Positions 10,401 to 20,104 of a stretch of DNA of 64,000 nucleotides are shown piece after piece. Under the pieces are notes generated by a model, which had not been told where the DNA came from, made no database searches, and saw only the letters and a list, made by a program, of their open reading frames with translations. This DNA is from an uncultured Bacteroidota bacterium. GTDB taxonomy: Bacteria > Bacteroidota > Bacteroidia > JABEUT01. The DNA is taken from the NCBI GenBank assembly GCA_903916255.1, contig CAIWVW010000086.1, positions 381 through 64,380 of the forward strand. The letters are read 5' to 3'. Within the stretch, counting starts at the first letter, position 1. Each line of letters starts with the position of its first letter. The position numbers and the translations under genes are program-made.

Positions 10401-13368
10401 CACCGGAAACAGTTACAGAAGCTGTTCCATTGCAATCGCCAAAGCAAGTGATATTGGTTTGCGTGGTTGTAAGAATCATCGGGGCTGGTTGAGTAACGGT
10501 AATATTGATAGAATCTTTACAGCCGTTTGCATCTGTAACAACCACTGAATAGGAACCTGCGCAAAGACTGCTTATAGTAGCATTAGTGCCTCCATTACTC
10601 CAGCTATAGGTGTATGGTGGTGCACCACCCGAAGGATTAGCGGTAGCAGAACCATTACAACTACCGTTACATGTAATGCCGGTTTGCGATGTGGCAACTG
10701 AAATAGAATTGGCAGGCTGGGTGATTGTCACATTAAGAGAATCTTTGCAACCATTTGCATCACTTACAACAATTTTATATACTCCTGCACACAGGCTTGA
10801 TGCAGTAGCATTTGTGCCTCCGCTTGGGCTCCAAGCATAAGTATAGGGAGAAGTTCCACCTGAAACGGTTACCGTAGAAGAGCCATTGCAGTCGCCTTTA
10901 CATTTAATATTTGTTTGAGTTAAACTGATAAGTATTGGGTTAGGTTGAGTAATGGTGACATTAGCGGAGTCTTTACAGCCTTTAGCGTCAGTAACTACGA
11001 TAGTATAGATTCCGGCACACAAGCCACTGACATTTGTTGTGGTGGCTCCATTGCTCCAATGATAAGTATAAGGGATATTTCCTCCCGATACGCTAATCGT
11101 TGCAGTTCCAATACAGTTTGCCATACATGTAACATTTGTATTGGTAGTGGTAAGAATCATTCCGGCCGGCTGTGTAATAGTAACATTGGTAGAATCCTTA
11201 CAACCGTTTGCATCCTTAACCACAATTTTATAGGTTCCGGCACATAATCCGGTTGCTGTTGCATTTGTTCCTCCGCCTGGGCTCCAGTTATACGTATATG
11301 GTGTAGAACCACCGGTTATAGTTGCAGTAGCAGTACCATTACATGTACCATTACAGGTCAAGTTTGTTTGGGCGGTAGTAATCGCAAGTGCAGTTGGTTG
11401 AGTGATAGTGACATTGGCTGAATCTTTACATCCATGTGAATCGCTTACCGTAATCTTATAGGAGCCTGCGCACAAGCTGCTGATAGAGGTATTGGTTCCT
11501 CCATTGCTCCAGCTATAGGTATAAGCAGGTGTTCCGCCGGAAACAGTAACGCTGGCAGTTCCGTTGCAATTTCCATTACAACTTACATTGGTCTGGGCAA
11601 CCGAAACGGTAAGTGTTGATGGTTGTGTAATTGTAACATTAGCGGAGTCTTTACATCCATGTAAATCTGTGACTACAATTTTGTAAACCCCTGCGCAAAG
11701 GCCTGACGCTGTTGCATTGGTTCCACCGCTTGGGCTCCATTGATAAGTATATGCAGGTGTACCGCCTGTAACAGTTGCAGTTGCGCTGCCATTGCAGTTT
11801 CCATGACAGGTAACATTGCTTTGCGTTGTAGTTAAAGTTATGGGTGTTGGCTGTGTAATTGTAACAGTGTTTGTTCCCATACAACCCGAATCGTCTTTTG
11901 CTGTAAGTGTATAAGTTCCGGCACATAATCCGGTGATGGTTGCAGTGGTTTGTCCGCCCGGTGCCCATGTATATTTATATTGTCCGTGTCCGCCTGATGC
12001 AGTTGCAACAACTGAACCATTGCAAGAGCCGTTGCAGGTAACATTAGTTGGGGTAAAGGAAATAGTAACAGGGAGAGGCTGTGTAACAGTAGTTCTGAAA
12101 GTATTGCGGCAGCCGCGTGAATCGATAATACGAATAGAGTAGGTGCCTGCACATAATGAACTGTCGTAAAATGAATTGCTTGGATTGCCCACCGCAGAAC
12201 CTGTAGGTCCATTACTCCAAGCATAGGTATAGTTTGGTGTTTCACCTGAAATACGAGTAATAATCCAACCATCACAACTTCCATTACAAGTTACATTGCG
12301 TTTAACGTAGTTGGTAGTAAGCGGCGGCGGAGCAATAACATTTACAAATATCGGGCCATAAACGGTTTGGCTGGCAGAATCGTAAATGGTATAGGAGTAA
12401 GTATTCGGGCAAAGGTTAAATGCACTAAACCCGGTAACCGTATCTATTTGGTTTGGTCCGGCCCATGAAATGGAAAAAGGCCCTCCATCGGTAGCATTAA
12501 CTTGCGTTATTACAATAGAGCCATTACAATTTAACCCGGTATCGGCTGCATTACAGGTGGGTGGAGTTATGATTGAGTCTACAGAAGTAACTTCAGGTGT
12601 AAAACGTGGAGTTAAAGGATTTGCTGTAAAACGATTCTGAATATTAGTAAAGTTGTTTACCGGGAGTGAATGTTGGAAATATATTTTGGCGCCGTTAGTA
12701 TTCGAATGGAAGTTTCCGGCTCCCATATTATCGTATACTTGTTTGATGGCCACTACTGAGTGGTTAATGTCCAGCAGTTTTTGAGCAGAGCCTGAAATCT
12801 TTAAAGTTCCGCATTGAATTGCATTGCTATTGGCAATTAAGGAACCTTCACTCAATGTTAATGTTGACGAAGGAGAAAGAATCAAAGCACCTGTAAGTTG
12901 CCAGGAACCGCTTCCCTCAAATGATACATTCCCAGCCAATGTATTTCCAAAAGTGTTTATTGTATTACCATTCAAAGAAGATTTAAAATGAATCTCACCC
13001 TTGTAATTCCAGGTTATTTGAGGAGTAACAAATAGAGAACCAGATATATTTAGTGTTGAAGAACTGCTTCCTGAAACAATCGATTTGGGAATAGTTGAAC
13101 TCCATACAATATTGCGGCATTCCATATTACCTGAAAGCACAATATTCTCATTGAATGTGATGAATGAGTTTTCATCAAAAATTACGTCATCATTGGCATT
13201 AGGGAGATTTGCTCCGCCTCTTCCACCACTTGTCAGCGACCAGTGATTTGCATTATGCCAGTCCCCCGAACCACCTACCCAATATAAGTTAGTAGCATCT
13301 CCAGTAAAGGATAAAAATCCGAAGACGAGAGATAAGAAGGTTAACCTTAAGAAAGTATTTTTTTTCAT
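7447..13368 (-). CDS. Giant SprB-repeat cell-surface adhesin with T9SS type B (gliding-motility-associated) C-terminal sorting domain
   Basis: About 1973 aa from the MKKNTFLRLTFLSLVF signal-peptide start (the ORF-track start 14 codons upstream is rejected). About 20 tandem SprB repeats of 75-78 aa (NVTCNGxCNGxAxxxVSGGTxPYTYxWSxGxTxxxxxGLCAGxYxxxVTDxxGCKDSxxVTITQP). C-terminal FTPNGDGQNDVW...YNRWGELLF...GTYYYII matches the type B sorting domain, which partners with PorP/SprF. Confidence 0.9.
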   Translation of the reverse strand: MKKNTFLRLTFLSLVFGFLSFTGDATNLYWVGGSGDWHNANHWSLTSGGRGGANLPNANDDVIFDENSFITFNENIVLSGNMECRNIVWSSTIPKSIVSGSSSSTLNISGSLFVTPQITWNYKGEIHFKSSLNGNTINTFGNTLAGNVSFEGSGSWQLTGALILSPSSTLTLSEGSLIANSNAIQCGTLKISGSAQKLLDINHSVVAIKQVYDNMGAGNFHSNTNGAKIYFQHSLPVNNFTNIQNRFTANPLTPRFTPEVTSVDSIITPPTCNAADTGLNCNGSIVITQVNATDGGPFSISWAGPNQIDTVTGFSAFNLCPNTYSYTIYDSASQTVYGPIFVNVIAPPPLTTNYVKRNVTCNGSCDGWIITRISGETPNYTYAWSNGPTGSAVGNPSNSFYDSSLCAGTYSIRIIDSRGCRNTFRTTVTQPLPVTISFTPTNVTCNGSCNGSVVATASGGHGQYKYTWAPGGQTTATITGLCAGTYTLTAKDDSGCMGTNTVTITQPTPITLTTTQSNVTCHGNCNGSATATVTGGTPAYTYQWSPSGGTNATASGLCAGVYKIVVTDLHGCKDSANVTITQPSTLTVSVAQTNVSCNGNCNGTASVTVSGGTPAYTYSWSNGGTNTSISSLCAGSYKITVSDSHGCKDSANVTITQPTALAITTAQTNLTCNGTCNGTATATITGGSTPYTYNWSPGGGTNATATGLCAGTYKIVVKDANGCKDSTNVTITQPAGMILTTTNTNVTCMANCIGTATISVSGGNIPYTYHWSNGATTTNVSGLCAGIYTIVVTDAKGCKDSANVTITQPNPILISLTQTNIKCKGDCNGSSTVTVSGGTSPYTYAWSPSGGTNATASSLCAGVYKIVVSDANGCKDSLNVTITQPANSISVATSQTGITCNGSCNGSATANPSGGAPPYTYSWSNGGTNATISSLCAGSYSVVVTDANGCKDSINITVTQPAPMILTTTQTNITCFGDCNGTASVTVSGGNAPYTYKWNTGATTTSIAGLCSGTTRIVVTDSHGCKDSVDVITTEPTALVATTSQTNVTCNGSCNGTATATVSGGTPAYTYSWSNGATTASVTGLCAGNYKFVVTDNHGCADTLMVTITQPNAIAITTTQTNISCNGNCNGTASATVSGGSPAYVYNWSNGATTATISSLCSGSYKLTVTDSHGCKDSVTVTITQPTALAITTTQTNESCNGNCNGTANATVTGGTPAYTYSWSNGATTTSINNLCAGNYEIVVTDANGCKDSVRINITQPNALSISTSQINVSCNGDCNGQATASIGGGTAPYTYLWTPSGGTNATATGLCPGSYTITVTDNNNCSVTASVTITQPTTSLSASITSSVNVTCTGNCNGVATVTASGGTAPYNYLWTPSGGTNATATGLCAGAYTVTVTDNNGCTTTASINITQPLTVLSATLTSSTNVTCNGSCNGSATVSASGGTAPYTYSWSPGGGTNATEANLCANTYTVTVTDNNGCTASVMVTITQPTAITITTTQTNATCNGSCNGTATATATGGTAPYTYTWSNSATGQSVTGLCAGLYTLSVTDNSGCSQTTTVNITAPAPLAVSISANTIQCHNSCDGIAIVSVTGGTSPYTYTVSSHSSTNMYYNDTIKNLCPGITYTIVVEDSNRCTIIDSVNFTNPPGMAVSNTVTSSTCNSSNNGAISVSVSSGNAPYTYSWSNGSTNQNQSNILSGTYTLTVTDATGCTTADTVIVTSMQTVIAIGGSDTSICAHNPVTLNGDSSINALTFQWFQMPGLNPISDTTTVTVTPSVTTSYILVVSNGGCTDTATTVVTINPAISVDAGTTQSIIPNQSVTLGGNPTAPSGSTYFWEPSSSLNDSTGSNPVATPTITTTYTVFANNPGGCPGSDTVTVFVVPQIIIPDGFTPNGDGQNDVWNIGYVYNFPAVVVEVYNRWGELLFRSVGYSTPWDGTYNGKPVPVGTYYYIINLHDPRYTQNYTGPVTILR
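8460..12270 (-). repeat. Array of about 20 tandem coding repeats of about 225-235 bp (SprB repeats) inside the adhesin gene
   Basis: Recurrent DNA strings such as ccattgctccagctataggtata, ggttccaccgcttgg and gtaacagttgc occur roughly every 230 bp. Many antisense and off-frame ORFs in the track (for example 8758..9012 and 11838..12284) are artefacts of this repetition. Confidence 0.8.
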
Positions 13369-13525
13369 CAGTAAATTATGGGTGTAAACATGAATTATTA
13401 CGATTACCAAGGGCTTATGTTACAGAATGGTGATTTGCATGTTAATAAATGAAGGCCATCAACTCATTGAAGACCTTATTGTTTGCCAGACTATTGTGGT
13501 ATGTTAATAATTCACCTAAAGAGAC

Positions 13526-13533
13526 TACTTTTG
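13526..13533 (+). promoter_or_regulatory. Candidate Bacteroidota sigma-A -7 element (TAnnTTTG) upstream of purN
   Basis: TACTTTTG lies 18 nt upstream of the purN ATG, with a TTG about 30 nt further upstream. The short leader is typical of Bacteroidota promoters. Motif match only. Confidence 0.3.
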
Positions 13534-13550
13534 CCGCTCAAAACGGATAC

Positions 13551-14123
13551 ATGACCAGACTAGCCATATTTGCTTCCGGAGAGGGTACAAATGCTCAGAA
13601 GTTTATAACTTATTTTAAAGGAAGTAAAGATGTTACTGTATCATTGATTGTTTGCAACAAAGCAGAAGCGGGCGTTATAAATAAAGCAAAAGAGGCTGGA
13701 ATCCCCTTTATTATAGTAGATAAGGATACTTTTTATAATACCGATACCGTTCTAAATAAATTGAAAGAAAGTGCTGATTTTATTGTGCTTGCAGGTTTTC
13801 TTTGGAAGATTCCGGATAATATTACAAAAGCTTTTTCGGGTAAAATGGTGAACATTCATCCGGCTCTTTTACCGAAATACGGGGGCAAAGGTATGTATGG
13901 GGCAAAGGTGCATGAAGCTGTTGTGGTTAATAAAGAAAAAGAAAGTGGCATCACCATTCATTATGTGAATGATAAGTATGATGACGGAAAAATTATTTTT
14001 CAGGCTAAGTGTATTGTCGATGAATTAGATACACCGGAATTATTGGCGAAAAAGATACATGAACTGGAATACAATTTTTATCCTTTGATAGTAGATAAAC
14101 TTATACATGAGAATATATCCTAA
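13551..14123 (+). CDS. purN: Phosphoribosylglycinamide formyltransferase
   Basis: [13 protein letters not shown] near the N-terminus, LAGFLWKIP, and the [12 protein letters not shown] catalytic loop. The ORF-track start at 13449 is rejected in favour of the ATG at 13551, which matches PurN family length. Confidence 0.85.
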   Translation: MTRLAIFASGEGTNAQKFITYFKGSKDVTVSLIVCNKAEAGVINKAKEAGIPFIIVDKDTFYNTDTVLNKLKESADFIVLAGFLWKIPDNITKAFSGKMVNIHPALLPKYGGKGMYGAKVHEAVVVNKEKESGITIHYVNDKYDDGKIIFQAKCIVDELDTPELLAKKIHELEYNFYPLIVDKLIHENIS

Positions 14124-14125
14124 AT

Positions 14126-14563
14126 TTGTCGTTTATGACAGTAGAGAATAATGATTTAAAACGCCCTATTCGTGTGTTAGTAGCCAAAGTTGGCTTGGAT
14201 GGACATGATAGGGGGGCTAAAGTGATAGCATCATTCCTTCGCAATGCAGGTATGGAAGTTATTTACACCGGATTGCATCAAACCCCTGAAAGTGTTGTAA
14301 ATACAGCTTTACAGGAAGATGTGGATGTAATCGGGCTAAGTATATTATCAGGTGCGCATAACACGGCCTTTCCGAAAGTGATGAAACTAATGAAGGAAAA
14401 GCAACTGGATGATGTATTGCTTACAGGCGGCGGTATTATACCGGATAAAGACATGGAAGAACTCAATAAGTTGGGGGTTGGAAGGCTTTTCCCGCCAGGA
14501 ACAGACACGCATATAATTGTAGAATATATCCAGAATTGGGTAAAAGAACACAGGAAATTCTAA
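14126..14563 (+). CDS. Cobalamin (B12)-binding domain protein, methylmalonyl-CoA mutase C-terminal-domain-like
   Basis: [34 protein letters not shown] carries the DxHxxG B12-binding motif. 145 aa and Rossmann-like. Start lies 3 nt after the purN stop. Confidence 0.8.
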   Translation: MSFMTVENNDLKRPIRVLVAKVGLDGHDRGAKVIASFLRNAGMEVIYTGLHQTPESVVNTALQEDVDVIGLSILSGAHNTAFPKVMKLMKEKQLDDVLLTGGGIIPDKDMEELNKLGVGRLFPPGTDTHIIVEYIQNWVKEHRKF

Positions 14564-14575
14564 AAGAAGAAAAGT

Positions 14576-15355
14576 ATGAACACCTATCAGAATCTTAAAA
14601 CAACTATTGAAAACGGAATTTGCACCATTACCATAAATCGTCCCGATAAAATGAATGCACTGAATCGGGAAACGGTTCAGGAAATTGGAGATGCAGTGAA
14701 AGAGGCCAATGAAAGCAAAGAGGTATTTTCTATAATTATTACCGGAGAAGGACCTAAAGCATTTGCAGCCGGAGCTGATATTAAAGAGTTTCTCGGACTT
14801 ACTAAGGAACAAGGCATGGCAATGGCAAAAGCCGGACAGGATGTGTTTTTAAATATTGAGAATTCCCCTAAACCAGTTATTGCTGCTGTAAACGGCTTTG
14901 CATTAGGCGGTGGCTGCGAACTTGCAATGGCTTGCCATTTGCGCATAGCTTCTGAAAATGCCAAGTTTGGTCAGCCGGAAGTTAATTTGGGTTTGATACC
15001 TGGCTATGGCGGCACGCAGAGGCTTATACGCTATGTGGGAAGAAGCAAAGCATTGGAATTGATGATGACCGCTGAAATGCTGAATGCACATAAAGCGACG
15101 GAGTTGGGGTTGGTAAATCATGTGGTTGCGCAAGAATCATTACACGCCAAGTGTGTTGAAATCCTGAATGAGATTAAATCAAAATCGCCTTTTGCAATAG
15201 GTGCTGTTATTAGGGCTGCCAATGCTTACGATGAAACATCCAAAGGTTTTGATGAGGAATTGACCGAATTTGGAAAATGTTTTGCTTCCGAAGAAATAAA
15301 AGAAGGTATTAGCGCGTTTTTAGAAAAGCGCAAACCACAATTTCATAAAAGCTAA
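14576..15355 (+). CDS. Enoyl-CoA hydratase/isomerase (crotonase family)
   Basis: ITINRPDKMNAL, FAAGADIKEF and ALGGGCELAMACHLRIASENAKFGQPEVNLGLIPGYGGTQRL cover the oxyanion hole and catalytic Glu region. Confidence 0.85.
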   Translation: MNTYQNLKTTIENGICTITINRPDKMNALNRETVQEIGDAVKEANESKEVFSIIITGEGPKAFAAGADIKEFLGLTKEQGMAMAKAGQDVFLNIENSPKPVIAAVNGFALGGGCELAMACHLRIASENAKFGQPEVNLGLIPGYGGTQRLIRYVGRSKALELMMTAEMLNAHKATELGLVNHVVAQESLHAKCVEILNEIKSKSPFAIGAVIRAANAYDETSKGFDEELTEFGKCFASEEIKEGISAFLEKRKPQFHKS

Positions 15356-15382
15356 TAGCGGATAGCTAAAAGCAGAATTATA

Positions 15383-16867
15383 TTGAGACCACTTAAAGAC
15401 CTCGCAGGACAAACAGTAGTATATGGGCTTCCAAGCATTATTGGGAGGCTTCTTAGCTATCTCCTGGTCCCTATTTATACACATATTTTCGACCCGGGAG
15501 AATATGGAAAGATAACATTTGTATATGCGTATATTTCATTCATTAATATTCTGCTAACTTATGGAATGGAAACCTCTCTTTTTAATTTCTCGCGATTAGA
15601 GGAAAATAAGAAAAGAGTTTATAGCACCACACTTTTATCAGTTATTTCATCTTCTGCTTTCTTTATCGTAATAATTGTTTCTTTTCGTCAATACCTTGCA
15701 GGATTAATACATTTACCTGAACACCCGGAATATGTTGTTTGGCTGGCAATTATTTTATGCACGGATGCCATTTCTGCTATCGCTTTTGCTAAACTAAGGC
15801 AATTGAATAAAGCGCGTAGGTTTGCGACAATTAAGGCGCTCAACATTGTAATATATATAGCAAGTAACCTGTTTTTCATAATACTATGCCCGGTAGTATA
15901 TAAAAACCCTGACAGTTTTTTCTACCCAATTATTCAGGCTATTTATAATCCAAACATAGGTATCGGGTATATTTTAATTTCGAATGTTATTGCAAGTGCA
16001 ATAACCCTTTTAATGTTGTTTCCTGATATGATTAAAGCAGGTATTGATTTTGATTCAGCCTTGTGGAAAAGAATGATGCCATATGCGATACCCTTAATTT
16101 TTGCAGGTCTGGCAGGGATGGTAAATGAAACGCTCGATAGAATACTATTGCAATATTTATTACCTGCGAATGTTAGCTGGCAACAAGGCGGAATTTATAG
16201 TGCATGTTATAAGATATCAATAATAGTTACCATGTTTGTGCAAGCATTTAAATATGCTTCAGAGCCCTATTTTTTTGCAAATGCCAAAGAGAAAGATTTT
16301 GCCAAAACTTTTGCGGACATAGTTAAATACTTCATTATAGGTTGTTTACTGATATGCCTTGGTACATTGCTAAATCTTTCATGGATGAAGAATTATATTG
16401 GAAAAGAGTATTGGGGTGGCCTTGATGTGGTTCCAATTCTATTATTGGCCAATATATGCTTGGGGGTGTTTTATACACTTTCCATATGGTATAAATTGGC
16501 AAACAAAACTATATATGGTGCTTATCTTACTACCGTCGGAGCAATTATCACTATTGTGTTGGATGTTTACTGGATACCAAGGATTGGATATATAGGCTGC
16601 GCATGGGCTACGCTTATATGTTATGCTGCCTGCATGGTGCTTTCTTATTTTATGAGCCGTAAACAATTGCCTGTTAAATACGATTTCTTCCGCATAGGTA
16701 TCTACTTCGCTTTATCGTTAATTTTGTACTTTTTGAGTTTACATCTTAATATCAATTCAAAAGTTTTGTTGCTTATTGTAAATAATGGTTTAATCCTTGT
16801 ATTCATAGCGGTGGTCTACTTTATGGAAAAGCCGACCTTTGCCTTACTCAAGAATTTGAAAAAATAG
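15383..16867 (+). CDS. Polysaccharide biosynthesis protein / oligosaccharide flippase (Wzx-like, MOP superfamily)
   Basis: 494 aa with 12-14 transmembrane helices. N-terminus [30 protein letters not shown] is typical of this family. Confidence 0.75.
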   Translation: MRPLKDLAGQTVVYGLPSIIGRLLSYLLVPIYTHIFDPGEYGKITFVYAYISFINILLTYGMETSLFNFSRLEENKKRVYSTTLLSVISSSAFFIVIIVSFRQYLAGLIHLPEHPEYVVWLAIILCTDAISAIAFAKLRQLNKARRFATIKALNIVIYIASNLFFIILCPVVYKNPDSFFYPIIQAIYNPNIGIGYILISNVIASAITLLMLFPDMIKAGIDFDSALWKRMMPYAIPLIFAGLAGMVNETLDRILLQYLLPANVSWQQGGIYSACYKISIIVTMFVQAFKYASEPYFFANAKEKDFAKTFADIVKYFIIGCLLICLGTLLNLSWMKNYIGKEYWGGLDVVPILLLANICLGVFYTLSIWYKLANKTIYGAYLTTVGAIITIVLDVYWIPRIGYIGCAWATLICYAACMVLSYFMSRKQLPVKYDFFRIGIYFALSLILYFLSLHLNINSKVLLLIVNNGLILVFIAVVYFMEKPTFALLKNLKK

Positions 16868-16874
16868 ATACAAC

Positions 16875-17309
16875 ATGAAAGTGAAAATTGTAAATAAATC
16901 AAAACACCCCTTGCCACAGTATGCAACAGTGGCATCTGCCGGTTTTGATGTGCGCGCCAATATAAATACAACAATGGTTTTGAAATCAATGGAACGGGCG
17001 TTGGTGCCCACAGGTTTATTTATGGAGCTCTCAGTTGGATATGAGGCGCAAGTTCGTCCAAGAAGCGGACTTGCCTTTAAGCATGGTATTACCGTACTTA
17101 ATTCACCCGGTACTATTGATGCCGATTATAGGGGAGAGTTGAAAGTGCTGCTTATAAACCTTTCTAAAGAAGATTTTGCCATTAACGACGGAGAGCGCAT
17201 TGCACAAGTAGTAGTAGCAAAACATGAACAGGTAGAGTGGGAAGTAGTAGAACAACTGATGGAAACCGAAAGAGGCACAGGTGGGTTCGGGCATACAGGT
17301 AAGCATTAA
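16875..17309 (+). CDS. dut: dUTP diphosphatase
   Basis: [35 protein letters not shown] and GERIAQ are the dUTPase motifs 1-5. Confidence 0.9.
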   Translation: MKVKIVNKSKHPLPQYATVASAGFDVRANINTTMVLKSMERALVPTGLFMELSVGYEAQVRPRSGLAFKHGITVLNSPGTIDADYRGELKVLLINLSKEDFAINDGERIAQVVVAKHEQVEWEVVEQLMETERGTGGFGHTGKH

Positions 17310-17342
17310 TTATTATAAGTGATAAATTAAAAGATAGTATTT

Positions 17343-18338
17343 ATGAAACTGATTATTCCAATGGCAGGTATAGGTAAACGGATGAGGCCGCATACATTAA
17401 CAGTTCCAAAGCCTCTATTACCGGTAGCTGGCAAGCCGATGGTACAACATCTTGTAGAAGATATTGCTGCAACCATAAAAGGGCAAATTGATGAAATTGG
17501 TTTTGTAATAGGGCATTTTGGTAAAGAAGTAGAAAATCATTTATTAGCTGTCGCGAATAAATTGGACGCTAAAGGGAAAATATATTACCAGGAAGAAGCA
17601 TTGGGTACTGCACATGCTATTATGTGCGCTTCAGAACTGTTGGAAGGTAATGTTGTAGTGGCATTTGCCGATACTCTTTTCAGGGGAGAGTTTACGGTGG
17701 ATACTTCTCACGAAGGGATTATTTGGGTGCAAAAAGTGGAAGACCCTAAACCATTTGGAGTGGTAAAGCTCGACAAGCATAATATCATTACTGATTTTGT
17801 AGAAAAGCCACAAGAGTTTGTTTCCGACCTTGCAATAATTGGTATTTATTATTTTAAAGATGGCGCATACCTGAAAAAGGAAATGCAATATCTGCTTGAT
17901 AATGACATTAAGGAGAAAGGCGAGTACCAACTGACAAATGCACTGGAAAACATGAAGCAGAAAGGCACAAAATTCAGCGTGGCGCAAGTAACGGAATGGC
18001 TTGATTGTGGTAGTAAAGCTAATATGTTGCACACCAATAAGCGCCTGCTTGAAATAAAAAAATCACCCAAAAATGCTACCGTTAAAATAGTTAATTCCAC
18101 TATTATCGAACCTTGCTTTATTGGTGAGAATACTACTGTTATAAATTCGGTTGTAGGGCCTTTTGTTTCCATCGGCAGCCATAATCATATTGAAGGCTCA
18201 ATTATTTCCGATACTATTATCCAGGATAATTCAAATATTGCGAATGCTAATATTACAGAATCAATGGTTGGTAGCCATGTTCATTATGTAAGCAAGCAGG
18301 AACAGTTAAATTTGGGCGATTACAATCAGAAAAGCTAA
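17343..18338 (+). CDS. Sugar-phosphate nucleotidyltransferase with C-terminal left-handed beta-helix domain
   Basis: MKLIIPMAGIGKRMRP...KPLLPVAGKPM is a G-rich NTP-binding loop. The C-terminus has hexapeptide-like repeats (IIEPCFIGENTTVINSVVGPFVSIG). Confidence 0.7.
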   Translation: MKLIIPMAGIGKRMRPHTLTVPKPLLPVAGKPMVQHLVEDIAATIKGQIDEIGFVIGHFGKEVENHLLAVANKLDAKGKIYYQEEALGTAHAIMCASELLEGNVVVAFADTLFRGEFTVDTSHEGIIWVQKVEDPKPFGVVKLDKHNIITDFVEKPQEFVSDLAIIGIYYFKDGAYLKKEMQYLLDNDIKEKGEYQLTNALENMKQKGTKFSVAQVTEWLDCGSKANMLHTNKRLLEIKKSPKNATVKIVNSTIIEPCFIGENTTVINSVVGPFVSIGSHNHIEGSIISDTIIQDNSNIANANITESMVGSHVHYVSKQEQLNLGDYNQKS

Positions 18339-18343
18339 GTAAA

Positions 18344-20095
18344 ATGAAGCCGGCAATTAAAAAACAGTTTTGTTTCGGACTCATTTATTCGATGGTCTCG
18401 GTCCTGTTTTTTTCATGCTCAGGCCCAAAAAAATCAGTTTCAACAACATCGGTTAAGAAGCATAGTCAAATAGACGAAGATAAATTCAAGGCTTCATTCT
18501 ATGACGGTATAAAACAAAAAATATTGGGCAATTACGATGATGCGATGGGCCATTTTAGGCGCTGCCTTGTAATAAATCCCATAAGTCCGGCTGCTAATTT
18601 TGAGGTTTCGGAAATATTGTCATATAACAAACGCCCGGATAGTGCATTGGTTTATATGAACAAGGCTGTGAATGGTGACCCTGGAAATGTGTGGTATCGA
18701 TATTTTTATGCGCAAAACCTGCAAGAATTAGGCCGATATAAAGAGGTGATAAAAGTTTATCAGGATTTAATTAAAATGCATCCTGGAAATACAGATTTAT
18801 ATTATAAACTTGCCCTAGCCCAGTTACAGTCGGAGCAATATAAGGAAGCCATTGAAACCTATAATTCGCTTGAGCAAAAACTGGGTTCTCCCGATGAAGA
18901 TATTTCGATGAGTAAAATTGAAATATTTGAAAAAATAAAAGATTATGCCAAGGCAGAAGAAGAGATTCAAAAACTGATTAAGCATGACCCCTCAACCCCT
19001 CAGTATTATGATATGCTCGGAAATCTTTATGAGTTGGAAGGCAAGCCCGATAAGGCTTTTGAGCAATATCAGAAAATGGAGGAATTACACCCGCATGATG
19101 CAATGGTGCATTTATCGCTTGCCAATTATTATAAAACAAAAAACCAAGACCAAAAAGCTTTTGAGGAGTTAGAAAAGGCTTTTGATGAGCCTGCCCTTGA
19201 TATTGATACTAAAATCAGGATAATACTGGGGCTATCAACTTTTACCAACAGCGATTCAATATTCAGCCAGGCAACCACATTAGCAAGAAAGATGGTGGTT
19301 GCTAACCCCACCGAACCTCAGGCACACGCTGTTTATGGCGAACTTCTTTTACGGAACAAAGATTTAGCCGGAGCGAGAGACCAATATCGTATTGCAGTTA
19401 GGGAAGACAGTAATAAATACGCTTACTGGAGCGGATTATTGGAACTGGAAGGACAGTTGAATGATATGAAAAGCCTGGAAAGCGAGAGCCATGAAGCAAT
19501 AGGTTTATTCCCGAATAACGCACAGTTCTATTACTATAATGGTTTTGCCAACATGCAATTAAAAAATTTCGATAATGCACTCTATGCGTTTAAGACGGGA
19601 CTATTTTATGTGCTGAATGATTCTGCTATGCTTGGGATGTATTACACAAATATTGGCGATGCCAGTTATTATACCAAAAGGTTTTCTGCATCCGATTCAG
19701 CCTATGAAGAAGCTCTTAAAATAAACCCGAATAATGACAATGTATTGAATAACTACAGTTATTATTTGTCTGTGCGCGATACTAATTTGACGTTGGCTGA
19801 AAAAATGTCGAAGAAAGCAAATGAATTAGTTCCCGGAAACGATTCTTATGAAGACACCTACGGATGGATACTGTATATGTCGGGCAAATACCAAGATGCA
19901 AAGGAATGGGAATATAAAGCAATTACACATGGAGGCGACAGGAATGCCACTGTTTTAGAACATTACGGGGACATATTATTTAAATTGGGCAATAAGGATT
20001 CTGCTGTGGAATATTGGATTAAGGCAAAAGACAGAGGCCCCTCTTCCGATTTACTGGAAAGAAAGATAAAAGATAAGAATTTATATCAAAAATAA
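18344..20095 (+). CDS. Tetratricopeptide-repeat lipoprotein
   Basis: Lipoprotein-type signal (LFFSCSG) followed by multiple 34-aa TPR-like units (W/LG/Y/A/F/A/P pattern) along 583 aa. Confidence 0.75.
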   Translation: MKPAIKKQFCFGLIYSMVSVLFFSCSGPKKSVSTTSVKKHSQIDEDKFKASFYDGIKQKILGNYDDAMGHFRRCLVINPISPAANFEVSEILSYNKRPDSALVYMNKAVNGDPGNVWYRYFYAQNLQELGRYKEVIKVYQDLIKMHPGNTDLYYKLALAQLQSEQYKEAIETYNSLEQKLGSPDEDISMSKIEIFEKIKDYAKAEEEIQKLIKHDPSTPQYYDMLGNLYELEGKPDKAFEQYQKMEELHPHDAMVHLSLANYYKTKNQDQKAFEELEKAFDEPALDIDTKIRIILGLSTFTNSDSIFSQATTLARKMVVANPTEPQAHAVYGELLLRNKDLAGARDQYRIAVREDSNKYAYWSGLLELEGQLNDMKSLESESHEAIGLFPNNAQFYYYNGFANMQLKNFDNALYAFKTGLFYVLNDSAMLGMYYTNIGDASYYTKRFSASDSAYEEALKINPNNDNVLNNYSYYLSVRDTNLTLAEKMSKKANELVPGNDSYEDTYGWILYMSGKYQDAKEWEYKAITHGGDRNATVLEHYGDILFKLGNKDSAVEYWIKAKDRGPSSDLLERKIKDKNLYQK

Positions 20096-20104
20096 AAACC
20101 TCAG

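Noticed and set aside
8460-12270. Possible CRISPR array, given regular tandem repeats
   Set aside because: The repeat unit is about 230 bp, coding and in-frame (SprB repeats), with no short unique spacers and no cas genes. Not CRISPR.
8758-12284. Multiple antisense or off-frame ORFs (8758..9012, 9062..9250, 10610..10840, 10945..11247, 11651..11968, 11838..12284, 11933..12142) inside the adhesin gene
   Set aside because: They sit inside the 6-kb SprB-repeat gene, and their low-complexity Cys/Thr/Val-rich translations reflect repeat periodicity on other frames. No independent start or signal features.
13449-13550. Upstream extension of purN from the ORF-track start
   Set aside because: The N-terminal 34 residues are not PurN-like. 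The conserved LAIFASG motif begins right after the internal ATG at 13551, which is also preceded by a TAnnTTTG promoter-like motif.
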